Assembly (NCBI GenBank): GCA_012295275.1
Contig: CM022678.1
Span: 18,786,001-18,850,000 of the forward strand
Source of the DNA: Chrysomallon squamiferum
Lineage: Eukaryota; Animalia; Mollusca
Direction of reading: 5' to 3'
DNA length: 64,000 bases
The position numbers were made by a program, and so were the translations under genes. Below the pieces are notes generated by a model that saw only the letters and a list, made by a program, of their open reading frames with translations, searched no databases and was not told where the DNA came from. Below are positions 1 through 36,887 of the stretch, piece by piece. Every line of letters starts with the position of its first letter. Positions within the stretch are counted from its first letter, which is position 1.

Positions 1-638
1 ACAATTTCTGAACAAGTCAGTTAGGGAGATCAGTTCAGATTTTAAAACACTAATGATTTTTTGTGCACACTGAATAAAAATTTCCATTTTATTATTCACG
101 TATAAAAATGGTCATTTGTATAATAATCCTTCCTTAATCCTCCTTGAATTTCAGATAGTATATCTCTTCAAGATACAATTTTAACTATTGTTCAACACAG
201 TAGTAAAAAAAATATGTAATAGGTCTATAATTTCCCCCTCCCCCGCCAATTTGATCTTAATTAACAACACTGAGTACAGCTTAAAAATATCTAGGCGATA
301 TGAGCTGATCACGAGTGAAGGAAATATTTTCCGGCGTGACACGACTTATATTCTAAATATAGACATGTGTCATTGTAAAAATATGGAAAAAAGGTTTATT
401 TCTAAATACGATGTATAAATATGGCCGAAGCAACCATAATGACATTCGTTCTATAATTTTTGAAAATATTTCAGTAAGTTTTGTTATTTTTATTTGTATT
501 CGTCTAAAGTATTTGAAATGTAAAAATAGTGTGTTACGTATAGAAGAACAGATACTGGAAACTCGAATAAAGTTCTCGCTCACGAATTTAGAAGAACATT
601 GAGACACCCGATTCACGCGGACCAAAGTTGAATTTAAA

Positions 639-12774
<12,136 letters not shown>

Positions 12775-13613
12775 TAGAAACTGACTGCAAACAGGAAACA
12801 GAAAATTAAAAATAAATAAATTAGCAAAAATTAAAGAAACAGAAAGTAACAAAAGTACATTATTTGCATTGGAATACAGAAGGAAAAGAAATAATTTGTT
12901 GCTGAATTTCTGAATTTAGGGATATTTGAAAGTTTTCTGATGAGAAAGAAAAAGAAAAAGAAAGCAAGGTCATTGTTAACTGAAAGAAATTTGAGTCCAC
13001 AAGAACGAAGACATTTCTATAATTAAGATGGCTCCTCCTGTACTGAATACTGTGGCCATTTCATATTTTCAAAAAGTCGAACTTTTAAATCATTTTTGTG
13101 ACACTTCTAGTAAATCTAAATAAGATGTGTTTAGTGATGAGTGAAATATAAAAAGTATATATATATATATATTGATTTTTAAATATCTCCAACTGATAAT
13201 ACAAGACAATTAAATTTTATAAAGAACAGAACAAAATGAATGTGTACATAAAATGTCTAGTAAAATAGTTAAATTTTCTTTTTACACTGAATAATATTTG
13301 CAGGTGTATATCTGTGGGAGTGTGTTTTGCTGTTTTTATTTACATCTCTATTTTATACACGATCTGCTTTGAAAAATATTAGTGTTTATTTGTCATCATA
13401 TATTGCGATAAAACATTCAGATAACCTTTCTCTCTGTTTTAAACTAATAATAATAATTTGTATAGTGTGGTAAGGGTACTAAAAGCAATAATAATAACAT
13501 TAATATCTGCAGTTATAATAAAAATTTAAAATCAAACAAATCTTCTTATCATTTTCTTCCTTTCTCATAGACAGGAAGAAGTGTGTCATAGAGATGTATG
13601 CAAAAGGAAGTTT

Positions 13614-13754
<141 letters not shown>

Positions 13755-14047
13755 TCACTGGCTCTCTGTCTGTATCTCATAACTCTGTCTTTCGTCTCTG
13801 TCTTTCGTGTCTTCGTCTTTCGTCTCTTTGTCTTTCGCTGTGTATATGTATATATTTACAATTGTGTGCTTTGTGTATGTTTCCATTGTTGTATCTGTGT
13901 ATTCTAATATGTGCATGTGTCTGTGCTCATATGTGTATATATGTGTTTGTGTTTGTGTGATTTTATATATGTATACCTGTTTGTACATGTATGTCTTTGT
14001 GTGTATGTGTGTGTGTGTGTATGTGTGTGTTTGTGTGTGTGTTTGTC

Positions 14048-14080
<33 letters not shown>

Positions 14081-15862
14081 ATATGTGTGCAGAATATTTA
14101 ACATAGAAGAGTCCAATGAAATTACTTCCTTACTGAGCAGATAACAGAAAAAATTAATATAGTAGAAACACATGGTACCCACACATTTTACTTAATATCT
14201 TAATATACAGAGACACAGAAAGATGTTTTGCTTTACTTTAATTTCATTTATTTAATTTAATTTTATTTCATTCCCATTATTTAATGTTATTTTAATTCAA
14301 TTATTTCATTACATTTCAGTTATTAACTTTATTTTATTTTGTTTAAATGTGTTTTATTCAATTTTATTTTATTTTTTTAACATTACAAGAAAAATTGAAA
14401 ATGGGATTTGTACATTTCTGACACACACACACAAACACATTCACACACAAATCTAAAATAATAATAATAAATAAATAAATAAATAAAAAAGATATTCAGC
14501 TTTTACATTTTACTAATCACAAATATATTATTCATACGCTACCTACTACTTCATGGCTTTACCATATTCCCGAGAAACAAGGGACGTTACTCTAATACGA
14601 GTATAGCAGACTGGATCGATAATTTAATGGTTTCCCAAGCTCAGCAGCAGAGACAAAAGTCTGGATTTTTAGTTTAAAAATATTGAGGTAATTTTTTTTA
14701 ATTATTAAAATAAATTAGATTTAAAAATAATATACTTGTCTTAGGTGACAATGCGGTTATATGAGTCGCATAAGTTTAGATTGTTCTCTCCAACCAACAA
14801 TGCCGGATACATAGCATGATTATGATAGCGATAGGTAGGCGAACCTTTTCAACTCGATTAGTCGGTAGTCTTAGTTACTGTAAATGTGTTATATACATCG
14901 ACAGCTGGTTTAAATACTCACATTTATGTTGACTGTTTGGGCTATTAAAGGAAATGTTAACATTTAAAACGGCAGGTTTTACTTTCAAATTACAGTTGCA
15001 AGATGGTTGCAATTAATCATTTATAATTCAATAATTTACGTTATCAAATAAATTATATCATGTATAGTCTTTATAACCAACTGTCGTCTGCATCATTATC
15101 ACTATTTTTAAGTCCTTATAACTATCATTTTGTGGTGCCATTAACAAATACCAAAATATTAAATTATTAGACGACATAAAGAGGAAATTAAAGTTTCCTT
15201 TTGACCAATTAGCTGTTAGTAATTGTCCCAAATGTACACACAGTACACAAAAAAAAAATCATGCATCAGTACACCTGATCAAGTTCATGCTGGAACAATG
15301 CAGTTTGCAGATACATAAACAAAATATAAATTTCACATTGTTTCATATCTCAGTGCTTGAACATTTTCAGTTACATGTTTGCTCATCTGTTTTTAGATGG
15401 ATTCTTTGTTAATAAATTATTTATAATAATATTTGTTTCTGAATCAAACTGGCCCTAAATTATTCATAATAAATTATGATATTTCCTTTCAATTTGAATC
15501 ATCATGGATATGAAATCACCAGAAAGCACCAGAATACTCTTCCCCTGATTTGAAAGTAGGTTTTGTAATTTGAACAGTAACTTTGTATTGTTATTACCAT
15601 TACTGTCATTATTATTAATATTTTGTTATTATGGTTACTATCATTAATGATATCATTATTGTTATTATAATTATTATTTATTGGTATTATCATCATTATT
15701 ATAAATTTATACAATTATTATTTACTGAAAGTACTACTGTTATTATTATAATGATTATTTACTGAAATTGTTACATTAATTGTTATTATTATTTTTATTT
15801 ATTTGTTTAAATTCTTAGATGATTTTCTTCACATCATACTAGTGTTTAGCACTGTTTGAAAA

Positions 15863-15979
15863 ATGGTTCAATCTAACTCAAGTCAGGAAGCTTTCTGGGA
15901 GGCATGTGCCTTTCGATGAGCTCACCTAGTCAGAAAATTCATAGAAGAAGGAATAGATGTTAATTATGTCTTACACACT
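15863..15979 (+). pseudogene. Isolated ankyrin-repeat-like first coding exon with a premature stop
   Basis: Reads MVQSNSSQEAFWEACAFR*AHLVRKFIEEGIDVNYVLHT|gtaaat, resembling the ankyrin pattern A..G...lv..li..G.DVN. TGA at 15917; upstream acceptor ttcttag at ~15818. Confidence 0.55.
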
Positions 15980-16419
15980 GTAAATTACATACAGTGAAAT
16001 TTTCAAAACCAGACGCTGTCTAAACCTGAATTCTCCAACACAGCACACAATGTACAGCAAAACAATTTACATGTTCTTATAATACCTAAACCTCAATAAA
16101 AAAAAACACACCCTCCAAACCAAATGTTTCTTTTTTATTCCTCATACTCTACAGTTATGAAAATTTGTTTTTGTATAGAACTTTATGAAAATGTTCTTAA
16201 AATTATGTTTTAAGTTATTCATTGTTAATACAATCATTATTGGGATGATTTTTTTTTTCTGAGAAAGTGTTTAATAAATACTGCCATTGTAAAAATTGCA
16301 AATATATAATATTATTTTCAAATTAAAATATCATGGATGTAATAAATTGTACAACATTGTATGTTTAAGATCATAATTGTGATCCAAATATTATTTGTTC
16401 TCAAATTACATAGATATTT

Positions 16420-17250
16420 TAGTAAATAAATAAATAAAATAAAACAAAATTAATTGGATACCTAGTAACATAAATCTGGATAATTAAATTTCTCCTTACA
16501 CTATAAATCGATGTTTTATGGCAAGACAAATTCTGTACAGCAGTTAGTGTAAAATGAACAAACTGCTTGAGAACTTATCTGTTGATAGAATATATGATGA
16601 TCTCGTGAACATTAATTAAATCACTAGTACAAGACATTTTTATTTTTTAGATTTCTTATATTACAGTAATAATAAGTCTGGCTATCATTGATTACTTTTT
16701 AAAAATAAAATTCTAAATTGTAATTTTCTATAAGTATGCTAAATAATTGTTGTTATATTTGTATTTTTTTATTATTTATTTTTCTTGTTATGGGCGTCTT
16801 ATATACGAAAATACTAAATAATAATTGATAGTTTCAGTTTTTCTTTTCAATCAGGCAACGCTATGTTAATTTTCTAATTAAAACAAAAATGAAAATGATA
16901 TATCAGTGTTTACTTTGAAATCTGCATTAGAATACTTTTTTTTTTCTTTTTCATTTTGCGTTTTACCTACTTGAAATAAAGTTCAATTGTAAAATTATTG
17001 AAACTGTTTTCATTCCTGTCATGATGTTGGAAGGACAGGTACTTTCATAGCTATAGATTATCTTCTTGATCAGGCACTGACCGACGGAAGAATTGACGTA
17101 GTTGGTTGTGTGTCACGTTTAAGAAAGGAACGAACTCAAATGGTGCAAACATTTTTTCATTAATCCTATCACAGTAAGAGGAATAGTGAAATTTGTTGTC
17201 GATATCACTGTAACTAAAATCATTACTTATAAAGAATCATCATTTCGTTA

Positions 17251-17327
<77 letters not shown>

Positions 17328-17860
17328 GATTGATTGATGTGTTTGACGTGAGTTTATTTGTTTTTATAATTTGTTTGTTTATACAGTGTATTATTTTTAT
17401 TTTTCATTACAGATGCAGTACAATTTTATTGATCAACTTCTGCTAGAACGGATGCTATCATTCAACAATATTTCAGACACAGTGATGTAAGAGAAACGGA
17501 CTGCAAACAGGATGGGGAAAATTAAAAATGAATAAATAAAAACTGAATTTACAGTCTGACTTTTAACGTTTTAAGAGGCTGAATATGTCGCTGATCCATG
17601 TCTGGAATTGTAAACGACAAAGTATCTTCACTGGAAATAAATCGAAAGTAACAGAAGTATATTACTTGCATCGGAACGTAGGAAGCAATTTGTTACTGAA
17701 TTTCTGAATTCAATGATATCTGAAACTCTTGTGATGATAAATAAAAATGAAAGGTCATTGACAACTGACAGAAGTTTTAAAACAGTTTAGTGACACGTAT
17801 TTTTAACTTATCAGTTTTTATAATGAGTTGAAGTATACGAAGTTGTATAAAATGTTCAAA
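16420..17860 (+). pseudogene. Relic 3' end of a third PTP copy (part of intron 11, exons 12-13, 3' UTR)
   Basis: About 17019-17154 reads [44 protein letters not shown], but the AG acceptor and GT donor are lost. 17413-17490 reads MQYNFIDQLLLE... Outer boundaries are approximate. Confidence 0.85.
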
Positions 17861-18074
17861 ATATACTTAGAAGTGTTGCTCTTCTAGAAAGGAATAAAAA
17901 AAATATATATACGTTATTGTCCTGCTTGAAGTAGTGCAAAACGGAGGAGAAATTGCCAAAAACTGAATATCTGGTGAGTCTAATAACATCCAGAACAAGC
18001 CTTGTGTCTATTGTTAGTTGTATGTAAATATAATCAAGATTTCAATACCGCAATATTCCAGTTAGAAATCTATT

Positions 18075-18595
18075 TCAGTTAGTTTCATCATAATATATAG
18101 TTTTCACAATTTCTTACTTTATTTCATTACAATGCAGATTTCTTTCATTATTGTTGTTAGTTTCGTCACAATGTAAAGTTGTTTCATTATTTTTGCTAGA
18201 TTCATCACCATCTGGAAGTGTTTCATAATTGTTGTTAGTTTCACCACAGTATTGTTGTTTCATTATTTTTGTTAGTTTCATCACAATGAAGAGATGTTTC
18301 GTTATTGTTGTTTGTTTCATCACAATGTATTGTTGTTTCATCATTGTTGTTAGTTTCATCACACGGTATTGTTGTTTCATTATTTTTCTTAGTTTCATTA
18401 CAATGAAGAGATATTTCATTATTTTTGTTTGTTTCATCACAATGTATTTTTGTTTCCTTATTCTTATTAGTTTCGTCAAACTGAATACATGTTTCATCAT
18501 TTTGTTTCGTGTTCATCACAAGGAAGAGGTGTTTCATTCCTGTTTCTTTGATCAGAATGTAGAGGTGTTTTATTATTTTTGTTAGTTTCATCAGA
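18075..18595 (-). repeat. 39-bp minisatellite of about 13 degenerate units; translates on - strand as 13-aa HCDETNKNNETTI repeats
   Basis: Unit such as gttagtttcatcacaatgaagagatgtttcgttattgtt; seen in ORFs 18241-18591 and 18114-18500. Confidence 0.85.
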
Positions 18596-18613
18596 AGGCA
18601 TATCTCTGTGTAT

Positions 18614-18726
<113 letters not shown>

Positions 18727-19092
18727 CTAGTGTTTTTATTTACATACCTATTTTATTCAGGATCTGCTTTGTGAAATATATATCTGCTAATAGAACTTCT
18801 TAGAATCTCAATTTATAATAACATATTTTGATAAAAAATTCACATGACTGTTTTCTGTTTTGAACTAATAATAATAATAATAATAACAATAATAATAATG
18901 ATAATAATAATAATAGTAATAATAATAATCAAATTTTAAATACTGTGGATTGGATGCTAACAGCAAAAATAACAACATTAACAAGTGCTGTTATAATAAG
19001 GTAAAAAGGTAAATCAAATAATTTTCTTATCACTTTTTTCCTTAATCATAGGAAGCAGTCTCTCAAGTAGAGATGTATGCGAACCTAAGTTT

Positions 19093-19195
<103 letters not shown>

Positions 19196-20508
19196 TGTCT
19201 CTCTGTGTATATGTATATGTGTGTGTATGTGTGTATATATATATGTATATATGGTGTTTGTGTGTTTATATGTGAGTATGTGTGCGTCTTTACCTTTGTG
19301 TGTTTATGAAGGGGGCTGGGTGTTCATGTCTGTGTGTGTGTATTTGTGGGGTATACGTTTGTGTATTTGAGTTTCTTTCCGTCAGTTTTTCACGTAATAT
19401 GGAGCTGCTTCTTGTGAAATTACTTCCTTACTGTGTGTATTTCTGTGCATGTGCGTGTATAATTTTTGAAACTGCATCAGTCGGGAAGAGTCCAGTGAAG
19501 TTGCTTCCTTATTGAGAATATAATACAAAAAATTAATATAGTAGAAACACAAAATTAAATTTAATTGAATGGTTTCCCAAGGACAGCAGCAGACAGAGAA
19601 ATCTGGAATTTTAGTGCAAAAATATTTATGTGTATAATAAATTAGATTTAAAAATATTATCTTTGTCTTAGATGACAACGAGCTTATATTAGTCGCATAA
19701 GTATTCTTTGTTCTCTCCACAAAACAATGCCGGATACATAGCGATAGGTACGCGAACCTTTTCAACTCGGTTAGTTGGTAGCCTGATTTGCTGTTTTCTA
19801 CATACATACTGACATATATGTTGATTGTTTGAACTATTAAAGATACAGTTAATACCTATAACATTTAAAATGACGGGTTTTGCTTCTTTTCATACATGAA
19901 AGTTATTTTCTATTCATGTATCAGTTTTGTAAATAAATTTAAAATAGACAAAAATATAATAAATTAAAAATAAATAAATACATAAATAAAATAATAATGA
20001 TAATATTAACAACAACAACAACAATAACTTTAATAATAATAATAATAATAATAATTGAAAAAATAATTTAAAAAAGGAAAATATTAAATAATCTATGTAT
20101 ATTGATATGAATGTATCATTCTATATATGTATGTATTTATATGTGTACGTATGAATCACATTCGTATGTGGATATAAAGGAAGTATTTCCAACGTAGTAT
20201 GATCTCTATTCTAAATATAGACATGCGTCACTGTATAAGATGAGAACATAGTTATTTTTATTCTATGACATACCAGGAAACCGAAACTCCAAGTAGGACC
20301 GAAACGATCATAAACGACAGGACATTCTAAATTCTTCGAAAATATAAGTATTTTTTGTTTCTTTCTTGTTCGTCTAAAGTATTTAACATGTTAAGATAGT
20401 GTGTTACGTATAGAAGAACAGATACTGGAAACTCGAACAACTTTCTCGCTCACGAATTTACAAGAACATTGACATACCCGATTCTCGCGGACGGAAGTTT
20501 AATTAAAA

Positions 20509-20551
20509 ATGTTCCCGATGATAATTCTGCTGTTTTTTTTATGGCAGACAG
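20509..20551 (+). other. Extra signal-peptide first exon (MFPMIILLFFLWQT, phase 1) with its own upstream module
   Basis: 43-nt ATG..G|gtaagt homologue of 639-681. The upstream 20180-20508 is homologous to 320-638. Confidence 0.75.
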
Positions 20552-22017
20552 GTAAGTGTGTTTGAATTCTTTAAATATGCGTTTGAATCTGTGTGCTGCA
20601 TTTGTGTGTGAGGTTTGTATGTTTGTTCGGGCGTGGCCACATAAAATATTTAGGCCACATTGTTTTAAAATAGGTAAACATTGTATTCAAAGAATTGTTT
20701 AATATTGTGTTAAAAATAATAAATGAACTCTAATCCTAAAACTGAGACAATTTAAACATAGTGCTCAGATAATTAAATTGTAAACTGTTTCGTACACTTC
20801 GAGCCAAACTATATTAATTTGATGAAAATGAAATAAAATCCTAAACCATCACACAGTTTATAAAATCTACGAATTTATTTAGTCATTTGCGTTCCTAAAT
20901 TAATTAATTTGTTTTTCTTCTTTTACCTTCAAATAATAAAATTTTATATATGTAGATATTATACACTTTAGATTATCCAAAGTGCCTGTATTAGTAGTCC
21001 GTAATACAGTACTGATAAACAAATTAAAATTTCTTCACTATTTCCGAGCAACAGACTCTTTTCATAAATGTATCATTAAAAAGAGCAATATTTTATATAC
21101 AGCAAAACACAGTGAAATTAAAGCTTAAATCAACTACAAAACTTTGTCTCAGAGAAACAGAGCGTGTTTTCTGACGAACCACGTGATATGTAGTTGCCAT
21201 GGAAGCCGGTGTACTGGCCTCAATTCATTGCCCCGCACCCAAAGTTTGTCACTAAATGAAAGTTAAAGCATAAAATCATAAACTTTAGTTGATTTATGCA
21301 AAATGTATGTTCGTTAATTGCAATGTAGGTTGCGTTAAGCATAGAGATTTGGGAGACGTTAGTTACCAACTTAATGGCAACAATTTCTGAACAAGTCAGT
21401 TATGGAGATCAGTTCAGATTTTAAAACACTAATGATTTTTTGTGCACACTGAATAAAAATTTCCATTTTATTATTCACATATAAAAATGGTCATTTGTAT
21501 AATAATCCTTCCTAAATCCTCCTTGAATTTCAAATAGTATATCTATTCAAGATACAATTTTAACTATTGTTCAACACAGTAGTAAAAAAAATATGTAATA
21601 GGACTATAATTTCCCCCTCCCCCGCCAATTTGATCTTAATTAACAACACTGAGTACAGTTTAAAAATATCTAGGCGATATGAGCTCATCACGAGTGAAGG
21701 AAATATTTTCCGGCGTGACACGACTTATATTCTAAATATAGACATGTGTCATTGTAAAAATATAGGAAAAATGTTTATTTCGAAATACGATGTATAGATA
21801 GGGCCGAAGCAACCATAATGACATTCGTTCTATAATTTTTGAAAATATTTGAGTACGTTTTGTTATTTTTATTTGTATTCGTCTAAAGTATTTGAAATGT
21901 AAAAATAGTGTGTTACGTATAGAAGAACAGATACTGGAAACTCGAATAAAGTTCTCGCTCACGAATTTAGAAGAACATTGAGACACCCGATTCACGCGGA
22001 CGAAAGTTGAATTAAAA

Positions 22018-31778
<9,761 letters not shown>

Positions 31779-32892
31779 TAAAGAATAAATAGAAAATGAA
31801 AATGTGTTCTCTTTGCGAAGCTGAATATTTCCGTACTGCAGATGTGAGGAATTATAAAGGATGAAGTATCTTCACTGGAAAGAAACAGAAAGTAATAGAA
31901 GTACGTTGCTTGTACTGGAATACAGAAAGAAAATAACTATTCTGTTACTGAATATTTTAATTCATGGAAATTTGAAACTGTTGTGATGAGAAAGAAAAAT
32001 GCAAGGCAATTGTTAAGTGAGAAGACATTTCTATAATTAAGTTTGCTGCTCCTGTAGTGAGTAAAGTGATTAATGCAAACAACCTAAAAACTAAATTAGG
32101 GCGGCCATTTTCATATTTCTGAAAAGGAGAATTTTTAAAACATTATTGTGACACATATTTTTAGCCTAAATAAAACTTGTTTTAATAATCAGTTGTATAA
32201 AATGTACAAAATATACTTAGATCTGAGAAAATTTGTTTGTCCACAAGAAAGAAGACATTTCTTTAATTAAGATGGCTGCTGCTGTAATGGATAAAGTAAA
32301 CAAACTGAAAACTGACCTTCATGTTACTCTCAGGTGCACTGGAATCATGGGTAATATCTAGAATGGTCATTTCCATATTTGAAAAGAAGGATTGTTAAAA
32401 ACATTTTATGACATTTATATTAAGTCTAAATGAAATATGTTTAATGATGAGTGAAATGTAAAAAGTATATGTAAGAATTTATGTTTAGAGGAAGGCCATT
32501 TGGAAAGTGAGAAAACAAAATATTTAAATTGTCTTTTTACAATGGCCATTTGGAAAGACTCTGTCTATGTGTGTGTGGGTGTTTGAGGATCTGCTTTGTT
32601 AAGTATTTATCTGCTAATGGAAAATCCTAGAATCTGAATTTAAAATCATGTATTGTTTGAAAACATTTAAATTACAGGTTTTTTTATGTTTTGTACTACT
32701 ACTAGTACTAGTACTACTACTACTACTAATAATAATAATAATTACAATTTCAGTAGTGTAGTAGGGATACTAAAAACAATAATAACAACATTAACAACAG
32801 CTGTTATAATAAAAGCTTTAAAATCAAATAAATATTCTTCCATTTTCATAGACAGGAGTCTGTCATTTAGAGATGTGTGCAAAAGTAATCTT

Positions 32893-32971
<79 letters not shown>

Positions 32972-34173
32972 GTGTGCGTGGGTACACATTCTTGTTTTTT
33001 TTAAACATTGTAACAGCAAAGAAGAGTCCAGTGAAAGTACTTCTTTACTGAGCAGATAACACACAAAATTAAAATAGTAGAAACACATTATACCCAGACA
33101 TTGTGCTGATCAAAAACCGTTAACATACAGAGAAATAGTTACATGTTTTATTTTAATTTCATTTGTTCAATTTATTTTAAGTTTCCTTCATTTCCATTTA
33201 TTTCATTTTATTTTTAATACAGTTATTGTCTTTCTTTTCATTCAAATTCTTTTCTTTTATTAATTTTTTATGTTATCATTATTTTGTTTTGTTTTATTTT
33301 ATTTTATTGAATGTTACTTTATTTTATTTACTGAATTGCACTAATTTTTAAACATTCTTAAGGAAAAATATTTACAGAAAAAAAAAATTGTGTATTTATA
33401 AAAAATATATATAAGCATAAAATATTAAAGGAAATTAATATTTGTTAAAAATATATATTAAAAAAAACCCACACTAAATAAATAAACTTCTACTGCTGAT
33501 AATGAAAATAAATAAAGTAATTACGTAATAAAAGGAAAACCCTTTACATTCCAAAATAATTTAAATGGGATTTGTACATTTCTGTTATACATAAATATAC
33601 CTGACTGCCTCCCCTAGCTCAGCAGCAGAGAGAAAAATCTTTGTTTTTAGTGTAAAAATATTGAGGTAATTGTTTCAGTTATTAAAATAAATTAGATTTA
33701 AGAACCATATACTTATCTTAGGTGACACTCGCACTTATGTTTACTGTTTGAGCTATCGGAGGAACAATTAATACCTGTAACATCTCAAATGGCCGGTTTT
33801 ACTTTATTTCATACATGAAAGTTATATTATTCACACTTACATAGATTGGAAGTATTTCCCGCGTATTATAATTTTTATTCAAAATATAGACAGGTATCAT
33901 TATAAAACATGAAACAATGTTGTTTTTTTTATTTTTTTATGATCTACAAGAGAATTTGAAACTGCAAGTAGAACCGAAGCGACCATAAACGACAGGACAT
34001 TGTAGAATATTAGAGTTCTGTTATTACTTTCTTCTTCGTGTAAAATATTTAACATGTTAAAAAGTGTGTTGCGTGTAGGAGAAGAGATACTGGAAACTCG
34101 ATTAATTTTCTCGCTCAAGAATTTACAAGGACATTGAGATACCCGATTCGTAATGACGGAAGTTGAATTAGAA

Positions 34174-34216
34174 ATGTTCACGGTAATAATTCTACTGTTT
34201 GGTTTATCTCAGATAG
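34174..34216 (+). other. Orphan signal-peptide first exon (MFTVIILLFGLSQI, phase 1)
   Basis: 43-nt homologue of exon 1 with a gtaaga donor and a homologous upstream region. No downstream ShKT or EGF exons were recognised. Confidence 0.7.
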
Positions 34217-34705
34217 GTAAGAGTGTTTGGATTTTTTAAAAACGTGTTACTGTCTATGTTCTGTATTTGTGTTTGAGATTTGTATGTGTGTATGCAAGTG
34301 CTTGTTTTTGTGTCTTAAATATATTAGAAACATTTAAATGTTTAGGTCACATAAAACAACATAACTGATTTATGTTGTGTTAAAAATAACCAGACACTCT
34401 CATGAGAAAAATTAGACTAGAAAATCCAGGGTTCAGAAAATTAAATTGTAAACTTGCTAGTTAAGTATAAATAAATGATGATAATAATAATAACAATATT
34501 AATAAATAAATAAATACAATTTGTTCACGGAATTCTGCTGTAATGACAGTAAATAATAAAATTTCTCATTACCTATTTGTCCGAGTACCGATTTCACTAT
34601 TTATAAAACGTCATCATAAAACATGATGGGATGTGAAAGTGAGATAATTTACATGAGAATGGACACCGAAAGAGAGAAAGAGAGATACATTTAGAAAGAA
34701 TAGAA

Positions 34706-34753
<48 letters not shown>

Positions 34754-34868
34754 ACACCATTCATTCACAATTTGCAATGAATTGTTAATTCAAATAGGTA
34801 TATAAATAATGATATATTGACACCAACACATACATATAACAAGAATACAAAAAAAAAATATGGCAGAC

Positions 34869-35022
<154 letters not shown>

Positions 35023-35049
35023 AGAGAGAAGAGAGAGAGAGAGAGAGAC

Positions 35050-35096
<47 letters not shown>

Positions 35097-36561
35097 AAAA
35101 GTAAAAATGATAGTACATACAACAACAACAACAATGTACTGACAGTGGTCTGTTTATTGTAAAATTCATTATCACTTTTGATAATTATTTGATGAACAGG
35201 AACCACAACTTTAAGTAAAACTATCTCAACAGTGAACTGTCGGTTACCTCCCTTACATCACATACACGTACTTGAAAAAAAATGCAAAATAAATAAATAG
35301 ATAAATAAATAAATAATAAAAAATAACCCTTAAAAAATTAGTGTTCCTCATTATTCACTATTCAAAAAAAAACACAAAAAAACGTCATCATACAACATAA
35401 TAGGCTTTGAATGTGAAATAATTTCCCTGAGAATGGACAGCGAAATAGAGAAAGAGAGATATTTATAAAGAATAAAAAAACTGAGAGTCTTCAGGGAAAG
35501 AGAGAAAAAAGAGACATTTATAAAGCACAGAAAGACCGAGAATGCACAACGAAAGGGAGAAAGACAGACACCTTTATAAATTATATAAATAACTGATAAC
35601 AGACAGGGAAAGTGATAACAAGACTGATGATAACAGTAAATTTTGTTGTCATCATCACCTTGGATATTTCCATTCTTCACGTTGCTAGATACAGGTAATC
35701 GCTGATAACATTAATTATACATAGCTATCACTGAAACAACGGAAACACTTTTTCATTAATACATTTGAACTGAAAAGCTCACACAATAAAATAATATAAA
35801 ATAACAACATAAAATAGAGATAATAATAATTATTATAGGTATTAAAAAGAAGAAGAATAGTGGACGATTATTTTTCTAATTTGCTATATAGTATCAGTCT
35901 TATTTTTTTAATTATTATATTTTAATTAAATATATTACTTATTTTTACCGTTTTGGTTTCAGAAATGTTCTAATATGTAAATAATTATAAAAACTATGTA
36001 AATAATTTACAATAATAAAATCTTAATATATTTTTGTTTATGTAATATCCCATGCATGTATCTGTGTATGTATGCATGAATGAATGTACGTATGTATGTA
36101 TACAAATAAACACAGTTACTGTAAGAAGCTGAAAATTTGTCATTCTCACTGACACAATTAGTGACATAAAACTATTCATTTTGTAACTATGTACCCAAGA
36201 ATGAAGTGACAAGAACCAGATGTCCATAAAGTAACTTGCAGAGACTTAAAGAGACTTTGACAAGACTTCTAGTGTTGTGACAAGACAGAATCACGAACGT
36301 TGCATGTGACATATAAAAGTTATAACAGTTTAAATGACAGTCCATTATTCGTTTCTCAGCATATGGTGACTGTTTTGCTATGGTAGAAGAAAATATCTCA
36401 TCAGTATGCTGTTTGTCTCGGTGTATATATATATATTTGTTATCTGTCGCCCGAGAAAGAAATACAGATATGTACAAATACAGACAGATAGGTGTAAGTA
36501 AATAAATAATAAAAAAAATATAAAATAATAATAAATATATATAAAAAAATAAAATAAAAAA

Positions 36562-36695
36562 TGCTGGGGTTGAAATGTTGACCTCAAGACCTGCCAAAGG
36601 CAATTTACGTAACTTGTAACGACCGCACAATCAGGATTTGAACTTCCGACAGTCCGAGCCGTGATTCACCACGCTCACCGCTCTGCCAAATCTCG
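36562..36695 (-). mobile_element. tRNA-derived SINE head (Pol III A and B boxes)
   Basis: On the minus strand, TGGCAGAGCGG (A box, 36688-36678) and AGTTCAAATCC (B box, 36644-36634) have tRNA-like spacing. A GC-richer body follows; no complete cloverleaf. Confidence 0.6.
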
Positions 36696-36790
36696 ATGGC
36701 TGCAATAACTTCTAATATAAACTATTGAACCCACATTCAAACTTAACTGATTAAGCTGTATACGTAAAATAAATTAAAATTACAAGTTAG

Positions 36791-36887
<97 letters not shown>

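Noticed and set aside
15917-15919. Selenocysteine TGA in the ankyrin-like exon
   Set aside because: No further exons or SECIS element are recognisable; a nonsense mutation in a relic is the simpler explanation.
18075-18595. CRISPR-like regularly spaced repeats
   Set aside because: These are contiguous degenerate tandem units without unique spacers, in eukaryotic DNA with no cas genes.
36630-36695. Possible tRNA gene
   Set aside because: A and B boxes are present but there is no convincing acceptor or anticodon stem; a SINE head fits better.
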